The notes beneath the pieces were generated by a model. It was not told the DNA's origin. It did not search any database and saw nothing but the letters and a program-made list of their open reading frames with translations. Both the position numbers and the translations under genes were made by a program. Shown here in pieces: positions 1 to 8,385 of a stretch of DNA of 64,000 bases. The DNA comes from Candidatus Cybelea sp. Lineage in GTDB: Bacteria > Vulcanimicrobiota > Vulcanimicrobiia > Vulcanimicrobiales > Vulcanimicrobiaceae. The stretch lies in NCBI GenBank assembly GCA_036267315.1, contig DATAWH010000055.1, positions 5,855 through 69,854 of the forward strand, in the 5' to 3' direction. Position 1 is the stretch's first letter; each line of letters starts with the position of its first letter.

Positions 1-188
1 TCTTTGCGCAGCTCGCGGCGATCGGCCTCATTTTGATCATGCTCGGCGCAATACAGAAAAAGATCTTCGTCTGGAAGACCGGATTCTGGGGCAAAGATGG
101 CCTTGGCTGGTCGTACGACTTGACGCTGGTCTCGATGCTGCTCGTCATTCTCTTCACGGATGGGGGCCGCTTCGTTCTGGTACGCTAG
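1..188 (+). CDS. DoxX-like integral membrane protein, 3' end only (gene begins upstream of window)
   Basis: Frame 3 is open from the window edge to TAG 186-188. It reads FAQLAAIGLILIMLGAIQKKIFVWKTGFWGKDGLGWSYDLTLVSMLLVILFTDGGRFVLVR: two hydrophobic helices and a GGRFxL tail like DoxX-family C-termini. It is too short for the ORF track. Family call is by eye. Confidence 0.4.
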   Translation, partial: FAQLAAIGLILIMLGAIQKKIFVWKTGFWGKDGLGWSYDLTLVSMLLVILFTDGGRFVLVR

Positions 189-588
189 CGCTCGTAGAGA
201 GAGCAGGCGTCGTTGCGGTGAAGGTGCGAGCCTCCGGCAGCGGAAGTTTGGCGCGTTGTCTTTTCTGCCGAAGATCGTACGCTTGGACAAAGCGGAATGG
301 GACTACCGCGACCGTGGGACGCTGCAAGAGTTGCTCGGCATCGCTCGCGAGGCACCTCACGCGGTCGTCGATATGACGGGCGTGACGTACATCGATTCTT
401 CGGTCATCGCCAAGCTCATCGAGCTGTACAAAGATCGGCAGGGCCGGCCGAGCTTCGTTCCCGTTTGTTTGGTCATTCCGAGCGCCCCGGTCCGGCGGAT
501 ACTCGAGATCACCGGCGTCAGCGAAGTCTGGCCAACCTTCGAAACCCTCGAAGAAGCGGTCTCGGCAGCAGGCACTCCCTCGCCATAA
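160..588 (+). CDS. STAS-domain anti-sigma-factor antagonist (SpoIIAA/RsbV-like)
   Basis: The C-terminal ~100 aa read VVDMTGVTYIDSSVIAKLIELYKD...VRRILEITGVSEVWPTFETLEEA. This is the STAS pattern with a phosphorylatable Ser in the DSS motif. The first 29 nt of the maximal ORF overlap the upstream gene, so the in-frame TTG at 256 is a plausible true start. Confidence 0.7.
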   Translation: MGAASFWYASARRESRRRCGEGASLRQRKFGALSFLPKIVRLDKAEWDYRDRGTLQELLGIAREAPHAVVDMTGVTYIDSSVIAKLIELYKDRQGRPSFVPVCLVIPSAPVRRILEITGVSEVWPTFETLEEAVSAAGTPSP

Positions 589-617
589 CGATTACTTTCG
601 GTTCGCGTGTTTCGCTC

Positions 618-1061
618 GTGGAGCCTAACGGGCAAATCGTAGAAATGTGCGGTCAGGGGACCTTGTGGAGGCTCGACGGCGTGGATGCGCTGGCCGCATT
701 AAAGCAACGAACGTCCTTCATGGAGGTCGTTTCGAACCACGACGGTTGGCAGCTCGACGAGGATGCGGCGCGCAATATTTTTACAGAGCTCCTGAGCAAC
801 GTCATTCGCCACGGCGCAAGCCCGGTTTCGCTCGCGCTCGAATGCGAGGGCGTTGACGTGAACTTTCGGCTGGCGGAATCGGGCCGCGGCTTTGATAAAG
901 CGATCGGGCTTCCGCCGATGACGAGCGAACATGGTCGCGGCCTTTTCGTCGTCTCGCAAATGGCCCAGCGCTTGGATGTGGATGGAAATCCACGCGGCAC
1001 AAAAATCGTCGCGACCTTGCCGCGTATCGCGCAACGCCGCGAAAGCGGACCTAGCGGCTAG
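618..1061 (+). CDS. Anti-sigma regulatory factor, Ser/Thr protein kinase (RsbW/SpoIIAB-like HATPase)
   Basis: GHKL motifs are present: N-box ELLSNVIRH, G1 ESGRGF, G2 EHGRGLF. The ~145 aa size is typical of RsbW. The maximal ORF (297..) overlaps the STAS gene in another frame, so the in-frame GTG 618 or ATG 645 is the likely start. Confidence 0.7.
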   Translation: MEPNGQIVEMCGQGTLWRLDGVDALAALKQRTSFMEVVSNHDGWQLDEDAARNIFTELLSNVIRHGASPVSLALECEGVDVNFRLAESGRGFDKAIGLPPMTSEHGRGLFVVSQMAQRLDVDGNPRGTKIVATLPRIAQRRESGPSG

Positions 1062-1166
1062 AAGGCCGTCGAGCCTCGGCGTGCGGCCTCTGCATCACGC
1101 CGCTCCCCAGGCCGAGCAGCAGGGCACGCCGGCGCCGATTCGCGCCACGGTTTCAAAACCGAACCG

Positions 1167-1607
1167 TCATGCGTCGTCGAAGTCGAGAAGGCGTGGTCCC
1201 GAGCCCTCTTCAGCGAGCTCGTCGTACGGATTTTGCAGCCAGCACTTGTTAAGCGAAAGGCAACCGCAACCGATACACCGTCCCAACTGGTCGCGCAGTG
1301 CCATCAAGCGTTCGATGCGGTCATCGAGGTTTTGCTTCCAGCGTTTCGAGAGCGCCGCCCAGTTTCGCACGGAGACCGCGCGATCGGCCGGCAAGGTGTC
1401 GAGCATCGCGCGGATCTCCATCAGCGAGATGCCGGCTCTTTGCCCGATCTTGATCACGGCGAGCCGTCGCAGCTCGGCCCGCGCAAAGCGCCGCTGGTTG
1501 CCGTCGCTGCGGGAGCTGCGAATCAGCCCCTTGCTCTCCCAAAAGTGAATCGTCGAAACGGGCAGGCCGCTGCGTTTGGCGATTTCACCGATGGTAAGGT
1601 ATTCCAT
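1167..1607 (-). CDS. soxR: Redox-sensitive MerR-family transcriptional activator SoxR
   Basis: There is an N-terminal MerR HTH (LTIGEIAKRSGLPVSTIHFWESKGLI). The SoxR-specific [2Fe-2S] cysteine cluster CIGCGCLSLNKC is near the C-terminus. A SoxR box sits immediately upstream. Confidence 0.93.
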   Translation of the reverse strand: MEYLTIGEIAKRSGLPVSTIHFWESKGLIRSSRSDGNQRRFARAELRRLAVIKIGQRAGISLMEIRAMLDTLPADRAVSVRNWAALSKRWKQNLDDRIERLMALRDQLGRCIGCGCLSLNKCWLQNPYDELAEEGSGPRLLDFDDA

Positions 1608-1610
1608 CTC

Positions 1611-1641
1611 TTGACCTCAACTATACTTGAGGTTGTAGACT
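1611..1641 (+). promoter_or_regulatory. SoxR box embedded in a 19-bp-spacer promoter (TTGACC-N19-TAGACT)
   Basis: Sequence is TTGACCTCAACTATACTTGAGGTTGTAGACT. The inverted repeat ACCTCAA (1614-1620) / TTGAGGT (1627-1633) matches the SoxR operator CCTCAA-N6-TTGAGG. It lies between a -35 (1611-1616) and a -10 (1636-1641) that are 19 bp apart, the over-long spacer typical of MerR-family activated promoters. It points at the SDR gene (ATG 1652). Confidence 0.85.
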
Positions 1642-1651
1642 CTTCCTCGTT

Positions 1652-2371
1652 ATGGAATGGTTTCAATCAAAACACGTGGCTATCGTCACCGGCGGTTCGC
1701 GCGGCCTCGGAAGGGCAGTCGCGAGCGAACTGCTCGGAAAGGGATTGCGCGTCATCATCGACGCTCGCGACCGGGGCGAACTCGAACGAACGCGCGCCGA
1801 GCTTTCGCAGGCTGGAGAGGTCGTCGCCATCGCAGGCGACGCCGGCGACCCGAATCACGTGCACGACCTGATCGATGCGGCGCAACGCTTCGGGCGCCTC
1901 GACCTGTTGGTGAACAATGCCTCGAACCTCGGGGCGACGCCCTTGCCGGCGATCGAGCGGCTCGACCGGCGAACCTTCGATCTGCTCTTTACGGTCAACG
2001 TTTTTGCACCGATCCACTTGATGCAGCACGCCCTCAAGCTGATGGCGCGATCGCAACAGGGCACGATCGTCAACGTGACCTCCGACGCAGGTGTGGAGGC
2101 GTATCCCGGGTGGGGCGGGTACGGCGCGACGAAGGCCGCCCTCGAGCACGTTTCGCGCGTGCTCGCCGCCGAACTTGAAGGACGTTCGACTCGGGTGCTC
2201 GTCTTCGATCCCGGTGACATGAACACCGCGATGCATCGCGATGCCGTGCCCGACGCCGATCCGGCCCAACTGCGCGATCCCGCCGACTCCGCGCGGGCGC
2301 TGTTGCGTGCGATCGCCGAAATGAACGGCGGATACGCGCGCGTCAGCGCTTCCGATCTGATCTGGGCGTGA
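1652..2371 (+). CDS. Short-chain dehydrogenase/reductase (SDR) family oxidoreductase
   Basis: The TGxxxGxG cofactor motif is present (VAIVTGGSRGLGRAV), as are NNAS and the YxxxK catalytic motif (YGATKAAL). Confidence 0.85.
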   Translation: MEWFQSKHVAIVTGGSRGLGRAVASELLGKGLRVIIDARDRGELERTRAELSQAGEVVAIAGDAGDPNHVHDLIDAAQRFGRLDLLVNNASNLGATPLPAIERLDRRTFDLLFTVNVFAPIHLMQHALKLMARSQQGTIVNVTSDAGVEAYPGWGGYGATKAALEHVSRVLAAELEGRSTRVLVFDPGDMNTAMHRDAVPDADPAQLRDPADSARALLRAIAEMNGGYARVSASDLIWA

Positions 2372-3366
2372 GCGCTGCACCGGCGATTGGCGGCTTGATC
2401 GAGGCGATCGAACCGCCGGAGTATCGCGGCGTCGCGCGCGATTCGGTTCGGATGTTGGTCAGCGACCGTCGTGGACGCTCGCACACGCACGCACGATTCT
2501 ACGACCTCCCGTCGCTGTTGCGCGCGGGCGATCTTCTGGTCGTCAACGATTCGGCGACGATGCCGGCGGCGCTGCCGGGGCGGCGGATCGACGGCAGCGC
2601 GGTTCCGCTGCACGTCAGCACGAAGATCGACTCGCGCCTATGGATCGTCGAGCCCCGTAAAGCGGTGAAGGCCGGCGAAGTGTTAGCGCTTCCGGGCGGA
2701 GCGGCCGCGACGATGCTCGCCGCGGTCGACGCGCTGCGGCCGCGCCTCTGGTATGCAGCGCTCGCAGTCGACGCGCCGTTGGAACGCTACCTCGACGCGC
2801 ACGGGTCACCGATTACGTATCGGTATCTTCGCCGGAGCTTTCCGATCGCCGACTATCAAACGATCTTTGCGCGCAGGCCCGGGTCGGCGGAGATGCCTTC
2901 CGCCGCGCGGCCTTTTACCGAGCGGGTCGTTACACGGTTACGAGCCCGCGGCGTCGAGTTTGGCGCGGTCACGCTTCACTGCGGCGTCGCCAGCTTTGAG
3001 GCTCCGGAACGCCCCGGCTCGGAACGGTTCGTCGTCCCCGTCGAAACGGCGGTGCAGGTGAACGCCGCGCGGCGCGAAGCACGGCGGGTCATCGCCGTCG
3101 GGACGACGGTCGTCCGCGCCCTGGAGAGCGCGGCTACCGAAGAAGGCGTGGTTGCGAGCGCCGGCTGGACCGATCTTTTCATCGACTCCGCGTACGAGCC
3201 GCGTGCCTTCGACGCGTTGCTCTCCGGCTTCCACGCTGCGGGTGCAACCCATCTCGACATGCTGCGGTCGTTCGCCGACGCAGGGCTGCTCGAAGCCGCC
3301 TACGCCGAGGCGGCGGCGCACGGTTACTTTTGCCACGAGTTCGGTGACGTCCACTTCATCTGCTAG
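2368..3366 (+). CDS. QueA-like S-adenosylmethionine:tRNA ribosyltransferase-isomerase family protein (divergent paralog)
   Basis: It is collinear by eye with E. coli QueA blocks. The matched pairs are LLVVNDSATMPA (LLVFNNTRVIPA), YQTIFARRPGSAEMPSAARPF (YQTVY..PGAVAAPTAGLHF), VTLHCGVASF (VTLHVGAGTF), VIAVGTTVVRALESAA (VIAVGTTSVRSLESAA) and FHAAGATHLDMLRSF (FHLPESTLIMLVSAF). The GTG start overlaps the SDR stop (GTGA). Confidence 0.7.
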   Translation: MSAAPAIGGLIEAIEPPEYRGVARDSVRMLVSDRRGRSHTHARFYDLPSLLRAGDLLVVNDSATMPAALPGRRIDGSAVPLHVSTKIDSRLWIVEPRKAVKAGEVLALPGGAAATMLAAVDALRPRLWYAALAVDAPLERYLDAHGSPITYRYLRRSFPIADYQTIFARRPGSAEMPSAARPFTERVVTRLRARGVEFGAVTLHCGVASFEAPERPGSERFVVPVETAVQVNAARREARRVIAVGTTVVRALESAATEEGVVASAGWTDLFIDSAYEPRAFDALLSGFHAAGATHLDMLRSFADAGLLEAAYAEAAAHGYFCHEFGDVHFIC

Positions 3367-4331
3367 AGATCGATGTAGTAAAAGATCTCTGGGTCGCCTG
3401 GGTCTAGATCGATCTCGCCGGCGCGCGCGTAGCCCCGCCGCTCGAAGAATCGGTGCATTTTCTCTCGGCTGCGGTTCGCCGAAGAATAGAGCCGCTCTCC
3501 TTTGCAGGCACGCTCGACGTGCGCGAACATCAGCGACCCAATACCGCCGCCGCGGAAACCGGGATCCACGACGGTCAGCCACACGAACGGCCGTGCGAAG
3601 AACTCGCGATTCCAGGCGATAAAGCCGGCCACTCGATCCCCGTCACGCGCGACGTCCACCGCACCGGTCTCAAGCTGACAGCTCAGATGCGCGTCCTGCG
3701 TCCACGGCAGCGTATGCGCGATGCGGAGCACGTCCGGGCTCTCCGTATCTTCAGCGACCCGGATGGCGACGCCGACTCGCTTGCTCAGAATTACGCTATC
3801 GTAGACGGCGTGCGGCCACCGATGGCGACCGATCGAACGAAACCCGTGCCGCAGGTAGTATGCGACGAGGTGGCGCGCTGCCTCGGCCGTATCGCAGGCA
3901 AACTCCGTCTTCGCATCGGCGGCCGCAAGCGCTTGCGCGGCCTCCAGCAGACGCGAACCGATGCCGCGCCCGTGCAGGGCCGGTGCGACGGCAAACTGAC
4001 CAAAAAAAGCGACGTCCGCGCGGCGATACCAGCCGGGGTGATGCAATGAGGGGCAAGCGGCATAGTAACAAATGCTTCCCACGATCTCGTTCCCTCGGCG
4101 CGCCACCAGGCACTGCGTCGCTGCAACGATGCGCTCTCGGGTCGTCCGTTCGTCCTGCGTCGCTGCGACGTAGTTCAGGCCCATTTGCGCCAAATCGTGG
4201 TAGGCCGCGTGTAGTAGGCCCGTAAGTTCTTCGTAGGAGTCGCGTGCTGCGTCGAACGGCTGAATCTCGATATCGCCGGCTACCGGCGGCGTGACGCTCA
4301 CCGGTTGAACGCCACGGCGTCGTCGTCGCAC
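3363..4331 (-). CDS. GNAT-family N-acetyltransferase with two tandem GNAT domains
   Basis: There are two acetyl-CoA motif-A-like segments: QFAVAPALHGRGIGSRLL and TVVDPGFRGGGIGSLMF. Each is followed by a Y..GF/RRGY motif. Confidence 0.75.
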   Translation of the reverse strand: MRRRRRGVQPVSVTPPVAGDIEIQPFDAARDSYEELTGLLHAAYHDLAQMGLNYVAATQDERTTRERIVAATQCLVARRGNEIVGSICYYAACPSLHHPGWYRRADVAFFGQFAVAPALHGRGIGSRLLEAAQALAAADAKTEFACDTAEAARHLVAYYLRHGFRSIGRHRWPHAVYDSVILSKRVGVAIRVAEDTESPDVLRIAHTLPWTQDAHLSCQLETGAVDVARDGDRVAGFIAWNREFFARPFVWLTVVDPGFRGGGIGSLMFAHVERACKGERLYSSANRSREKMHRFFERRGYARAGEIDLDPGDPEIFYYIDL

Positions 4332-4395
4332 GACCCACCGGCCGGGGCCGCTAAGAACGGAATGGCGATGAAACCAATGCGGGTCTCGGGCGTTC

Positions 4396-5481
4396 TTGGA
4401 AGCGATGAATCGTAAGCAGTTCGTCGCTGCGACTTCTGCTCTGGCGCTTGCGCCATTGGCCGCTCGCTCGGCCGCAGCAGAGCCGGGGATCTCGCCGGGT
4501 CCATGGCGCTCTTTTCAGGTTACGACCGTAATAACGCTTCCTGAAGGCCAAAGCGCAAAAGCGTGGGTGCCCGTCCCTTCTTTCAAGGAAGCGACTTGGA
4601 TGCGGCCCGGGGCGAGCACTTGGCACGGAAACGCCGGCGAAGCCGCGATCGTCGCCGATTCTCGCTCGGGCGCGCAAATGGTCTACGCACAGTGGCCCAA
4701 GAGAAGTCGAGGGAAGGCCGAGCTGACCGTCGTCTCTCAAGTAACGACGAGAAACCTCGCGGTCGATCTTTCCCGGCCCGACAGTGGTGCAACGCTTGCA
4801 CCGGCAGAGATCGCGCTCTACACTGCATCGTCGCGGTATATCCCGACCGGCGGCATCGTCAAGCAGACCGCGGATAAGGCGACGGCCGGCGCTGCCTCCG
4901 ATCTCGAGAAGCTTCGTAAGATCTACGAATGGATCGTCGTTAATACGTCGCGCAATCCAAAGACGCGCGGCTGCGGGCTCGGCGATATTTCCTTCTTGCT
5001 CGAAAGCGGCGATTTCACCGGAAAATGCGCCGACATCAACGGCTTGGCGGTCGGCCTCGCGCGCGCCTCGGGAATTCCCGCGCGGGATCTGTACGGAATT
5101 CGCGTCGCCCCGTCGGAGCTGGGATATACATCGCTGGGCGCCAACGGCACGACCATCACCAAAGCGCAGCACTGCCGCGCCGAAGCGTTTGTCAACGGCT
5201 ACGGTTGGATCCCGCTCGATCCCGCCGACGTTCGCAAAGTTATGCTCGAAGAGCCGCCGGGCAAACTCAGCCTGAACAGCCCTAAAGTAATCGAAGCGCG
5301 GGGGCGGCTCTTCGGTTCGTGGGAAGGCAACTACATGGTTTATAACGATGGCCACGATGTCAAGCTCCCAGGCTCCAATGGCGACGAGCTTGCGTTTCTG
5401 ATGTATCCGCAAGCGGAAGTCGACGGCCAGCGCCTCGACAGTCTCGACGCGGCCACCTTCGTTTACGAGATCGCGGTGTAG
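4396..5481 (+). CDS. Secreted transglutaminase-like cysteine protease family protein
   Basis: The N-terminal signal (NRKQFVAATSALALAPLAARSAAA) is Tat-like. The transglutaminase-core triad context is present: GKCADINGLAVGLARASGIPAR (Cys) and HCRAEAFVNGYGWIPLDPAD (His, Asp). The ORF starts at TTG 4396; ATG 4405 is an alternative. Confidence 0.75.
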   Translation: MEAMNRKQFVAATSALALAPLAARSAAAEPGISPGPWRSFQVTTVITLPEGQSAKAWVPVPSFKEATWMRPGASTWHGNAGEAAIVADSRSGAQMVYAQWPKRSRGKAELTVVSQVTTRNLAVDLSRPDSGATLAPAEIALYTASSRYIPTGGIVKQTADKATAGAASDLEKLRKIYEWIVVNTSRNPKTRGCGLGDISFLLESGDFTGKCADINGLAVGLARASGIPARDLYGIRVAPSELGYTSLGANGTTITKAQHCRAEAFVNGYGWIPLDPADVRKVMLEEPPGKLSLNSPKVIEARGRLFGSWEGNYMVYNDGHDVKLPGSNGDELAFLMYPQAEVDGQRLDSLDAATFVYEIAV

Positions 5482-5482
5482 A

Positions 5483-6409
5483 TTGCGCCTGCTCGTCGTT
5501 GGTGCGGGTGCCGTAGGCGGATACTTCGGTGGGCGCCTCGCGCAGGCCGGACGCGACGTGACGTTTTTGGTTCGCAACAGGCGCGCGGCCCAGCTTCGAG
5601 AGCGCGGGCTCGAGATTGTAAGCCCTCATGGCGATGCGACGATTTCGCCGAAGGTCGTTACCCGCGACCAGCTTTCCGGTTCGTACGACCTCATACTGCT
5701 GGCGGTCAAAAACCACGGCCTCAAGACCTCACTGGACGATATTGCGCCGGCGGTCGGACCGGATACGTTGATTTTTCCTGCGCTCAACGGTATGCATCAT
5801 CTCGAAGAGCTCAAAGCGAAGTTTGCGGTATCGAACCTGTTGGGAGGAGTCTGCGTCGTTGCTACAACGCTCGACGCGCAGGGGCGCGTCGTGCAGCTGA
5901 CCGGCATGCAGAAGCTCGTCTACGGCGAGCTCGACGGGTCGCGCTCCCTGCGGATTGAAGCCGTCGATCGCGCTCTGCAAGGCGCGGGTTTCGAGGCGCA
6001 ACTCTCAACGCATATCGTGCTGGACATGTGGGAAAAGTTCGTCTTTATCGCCGCGCTCGCCGGTATCACGTGCTTGCTGCGCGGAAGCGTTGGCGAGATC
6101 GCCGCTGCGCCGCGGGGGCGCGAGCTTGCCCTGGCGATGCACGACGAGTGCGTCTCTGTCGGAAAAGCCTGCGGTTACGAGCCGCGATCGCAAGCGATCG
6201 AAAGCGTGCGTGCGATGTTGACGCAGGCCGATTCGACGCTCACTTCTTCAATGTATCGCGACCTCCAGAAGGGCGCCGCGCTTGAAGCCGATGCGATCGT
6301 CGGCGAGATGTGTCAAAGGGTCGAAACTGCGGGGCTGAGGCTGCCGCTGCTCTCTGCCGCCTACGCTCAGCTCGCGATCTTCGAACGCCGGCGGGCGAAG
6401 TCGGAGTGA
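5483..6409 (+). CDS. panE: 2-dehydropantoate 2-reductase (ketopantoate reductase, ApbA/PanE family)
   Basis: There is an N-terminal Rossmann motif (LLVVGAGAVGGYFGGRLAQAG). Length of 308 aa and the C-terminal ApbA_C-like helical region (SSMYRDLQKG..E.D) also fit. Confidence 0.8.
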   Translation: MRLLVVGAGAVGGYFGGRLAQAGRDVTFLVRNRRAAQLRERGLEIVSPHGDATISPKVVTRDQLSGSYDLILLAVKNHGLKTSLDDIAPAVGPDTLIFPALNGMHHLEELKAKFAVSNLLGGVCVVATTLDAQGRVVQLTGMQKLVYGELDGSRSLRIEAVDRALQGAGFEAQLSTHIVLDMWEKFVFIAALAGITCLLRGSVGEIAAAPRGRELALAMHDECVSVGKACGYEPRSQAIESVRAMLTQADSTLTSSMYRDLQKGAALEADAIVGEMCQRVETAGLRLPLLSAAYAQLAIFERRRAKSE

Positions 6410-6445
6410 GACCGGCGGTCAGTAAAGGCGCGCCAAACTAGAGGC

Positions 6446-8380
6446 TCAGGGCGCGGGCATCGTCGCCTCGAGATTGTAGCCGTCGAGCGTCCCGTGGATC
6501 TGCGCCGTGGCGTTGCTTCCTGCGGCCGGCCACGAGGCGTCGATGCTTCCGGTCACCGCACCAGAAACCGTCAGGTGAGCGCGAGCCGATCCATTGCGAG
6601 CGTTAAAATCGGCGGTGCCGGAAACGGCGAGATCGTTGGTCCACCGGACGCCGGAGAGCGTTGCGCGATCGCTCGCGTTCTTGGGAATCGCGGCGTACGA
6701 GCCGCCGCGCAATCCCGGGCCCGAGCTCAAGAAAAACTCATACGAACGGGAGAGCACGTCGGCGGCGGCAAGGAGCGCGGCAGCCGCGGCGCGCCGCTCG
6801 AGCTGCGGCGCCTGATTTCCCGTTACCGGGGTTACGGCGTGAACCTCGTCGAGCGTACGGGAGAAGGCGGGCACGAGATGAACGGCCGGCACGTGCGCCG
6901 CACACTGCGCAACAACTTTCCCCGTCTGGCCGAAACGCCGAACGATGCTCGCCGCGCACCCGTAGAAATCGTCGAGTGCAGTCACGTGTCCGGTGTTCGC
7001 GACGATGACGTGCGTCGCTCGTGAAAAGAGCGCCGCCGCGTGCCTTCCCTCCTCCGGCGTCGTGATCGTATCGAGATCGCCGTTGAGCACGAGCACCGGT
7101 ACGTTGGGGAACCGCGTATGCGGCGGGACCGGTTCTCCGGCAGGATGTTGTTTGGAGGCGACCGGCCACGTCGTGCAGAGCTGCAGGTAGGCATAGTCGA
7201 GCGGTATCCCGAGATATTCGTCGATCGAGAACGGGGCGTAGAGGTTCGGATCGCCAGCGCGCTCACGCTCGAGCGCGCTCTTCCACGCCGCAACGCGCTC
7301 GGGCGGCTGCAGTCGCATGTCGTAGGCTTGCGGGTTGTCAGCGCAGCTCGCCGCGGCGAAGAGCCCCTGGCTGTACCCGCGCGCTCGTCCGTCGACGCCC
7401 TCTTCCTCAGAGTACGCCTCGGTGACGAGGCGCTGGAGGGGCAACGAGTCGCGTTTGTCGAGATACGCACGCGCGGCGGCGTCGAGGTCGCGATAGGCCA
7501 GCGGATCGAGGCCGGCGCTGTCCATGACGAATGCCACGTTCGCCGGCGTGATGCGGCCACGATCGCTGCGCAGTTGCACGAGCAAACGCGAAATGCGGTC
7601 TACCGAGGAGCCGTGAATTCGCGCGCAGACCGGCGAACGCGCGCACGCCGAATTGAACGCATCGCGCAGTTCGGGCGCGGTGCTGGGATACCACGGGCTG
7701 CCGCCGGTTACCTGATAGGCGCCGTCGAGCACGATCGACCGAACGCGTTCCGAGTAGCGCCCAGCAAAAGCTTGCACGAAAAACGAACCGTAAGAGTCGC
7801 CGTACAGGTCGACCTTCCCAACGTGAAGCGCTTTCAAAACCTGTGCCATGTCGTCAGCCGCGAGCGCCGTTCCGTACAGATCGGACGTGCGCCCGAGCTG
7901 GTCGCCGCAACGCGTGACGTCGCGCAGCTTCATCAAGTGAACGCGCTGCAGTGGGCGGCAGACGACCGCGCTGGAGCGGCCCGTGCCGCGGTTGTCGACG
8001 AGCAGAAGGTCGCGCGTCGCGAGCAGGGGCGCGTAGAGCTGGCGGTACGAGTCTCGCGATTCGATCGAAGGATAACCGGGACCGCCTTCGACTGCAACGA
8101 TCGTTTCGGCCGGCGCGTTTGTGCGGCCTGAATGCGGCAGCCACGCAAAGGCGATATCAATCTTTCCGGGGACGCGCCCGGCTGGGTCGAAATCGACCGG
8201 TACCGTTCCGCAATAGTAATCGCCGCCAAAACAGTGGTGCGTGAGTACGGAGCCGACGCGGGGACCCGAAATCGAACTGCTTTGGAGACCGGCCGCCGTC
8301 GGCGGGGCGAGCCGCATCGCGCAGCCCGCTGCTGCGAGCATTGCGCCGGCCGCGAAAAGAAGCAAACGCCCCTGTCCCAT
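6446..8380 (-). CDS. Lipoprotein alpha/beta hydrolase, tripeptidyl-aminopeptidase (TAP)-like
   Basis: An internal ATG at 8380 gives MGQGRLLLFAAGAMLAAAGC (lipobox). The maximal ORF to 8563 would overlap the upstream gene. Supporting motifs are GGPGYPS, LLLVDNRGTGRSS, the nucleophile elbow GDSYG, and a TAP-like C-terminal block NGDLDTITTPEEG..NTGH. Confidence 0.8.
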   Translation of the reverse strand: MGQGRLLLFAAGAMLAAAGCAMRLAPPTAAGLQSSSISGPRVGSVLTHHCFGGDYYCGTVPVDFDPAGRVPGKIDIAFAWLPHSGRTNAPAETIVAVEGGPGYPSIESRDSYRQLYAPLLATRDLLLVDNRGTGRSSAVVCRPLQRVHLMKLRDVTRCGDQLGRTSDLYGTALAADDMAQVLKALHVGKVDLYGDSYGSFFVQAFAGRYSERVRSIVLDGAYQVTGGSPWYPSTAPELRDAFNSACARSPVCARIHGSSVDRISRLLVQLRSDRGRITPANVAFVMDSAGLDPLAYRDLDAAARAYLDKRDSLPLQRLVTEAYSEEEGVDGRARGYSQGLFAAASCADNPQAYDMRLQPPERVAAWKSALERERAGDPNLYAPFSIDEYLGIPLDYAYLQLCTTWPVASKQHPAGEPVPPHTRFPNVPVLVLNGDLDTITTPEEGRHAAALFSRATHVIVANTGHVTALDDFYGCAASIVRRFGQTGKVVAQCAAHVPAVHLVPAFSRTLDEVHAVTPVTGNQAPQLERRAAAAALLAAADVLSRSYEFFLSSGPGLRGGSYAAIPKNASDRATLSGVRWTNDLAVSGTADFNARNGSARAHLTVSGAVTGSIDASWPAAGSNATAQIHGTLDGYNLEATMPAP

Positions 8381-8385
8381 GCGTC

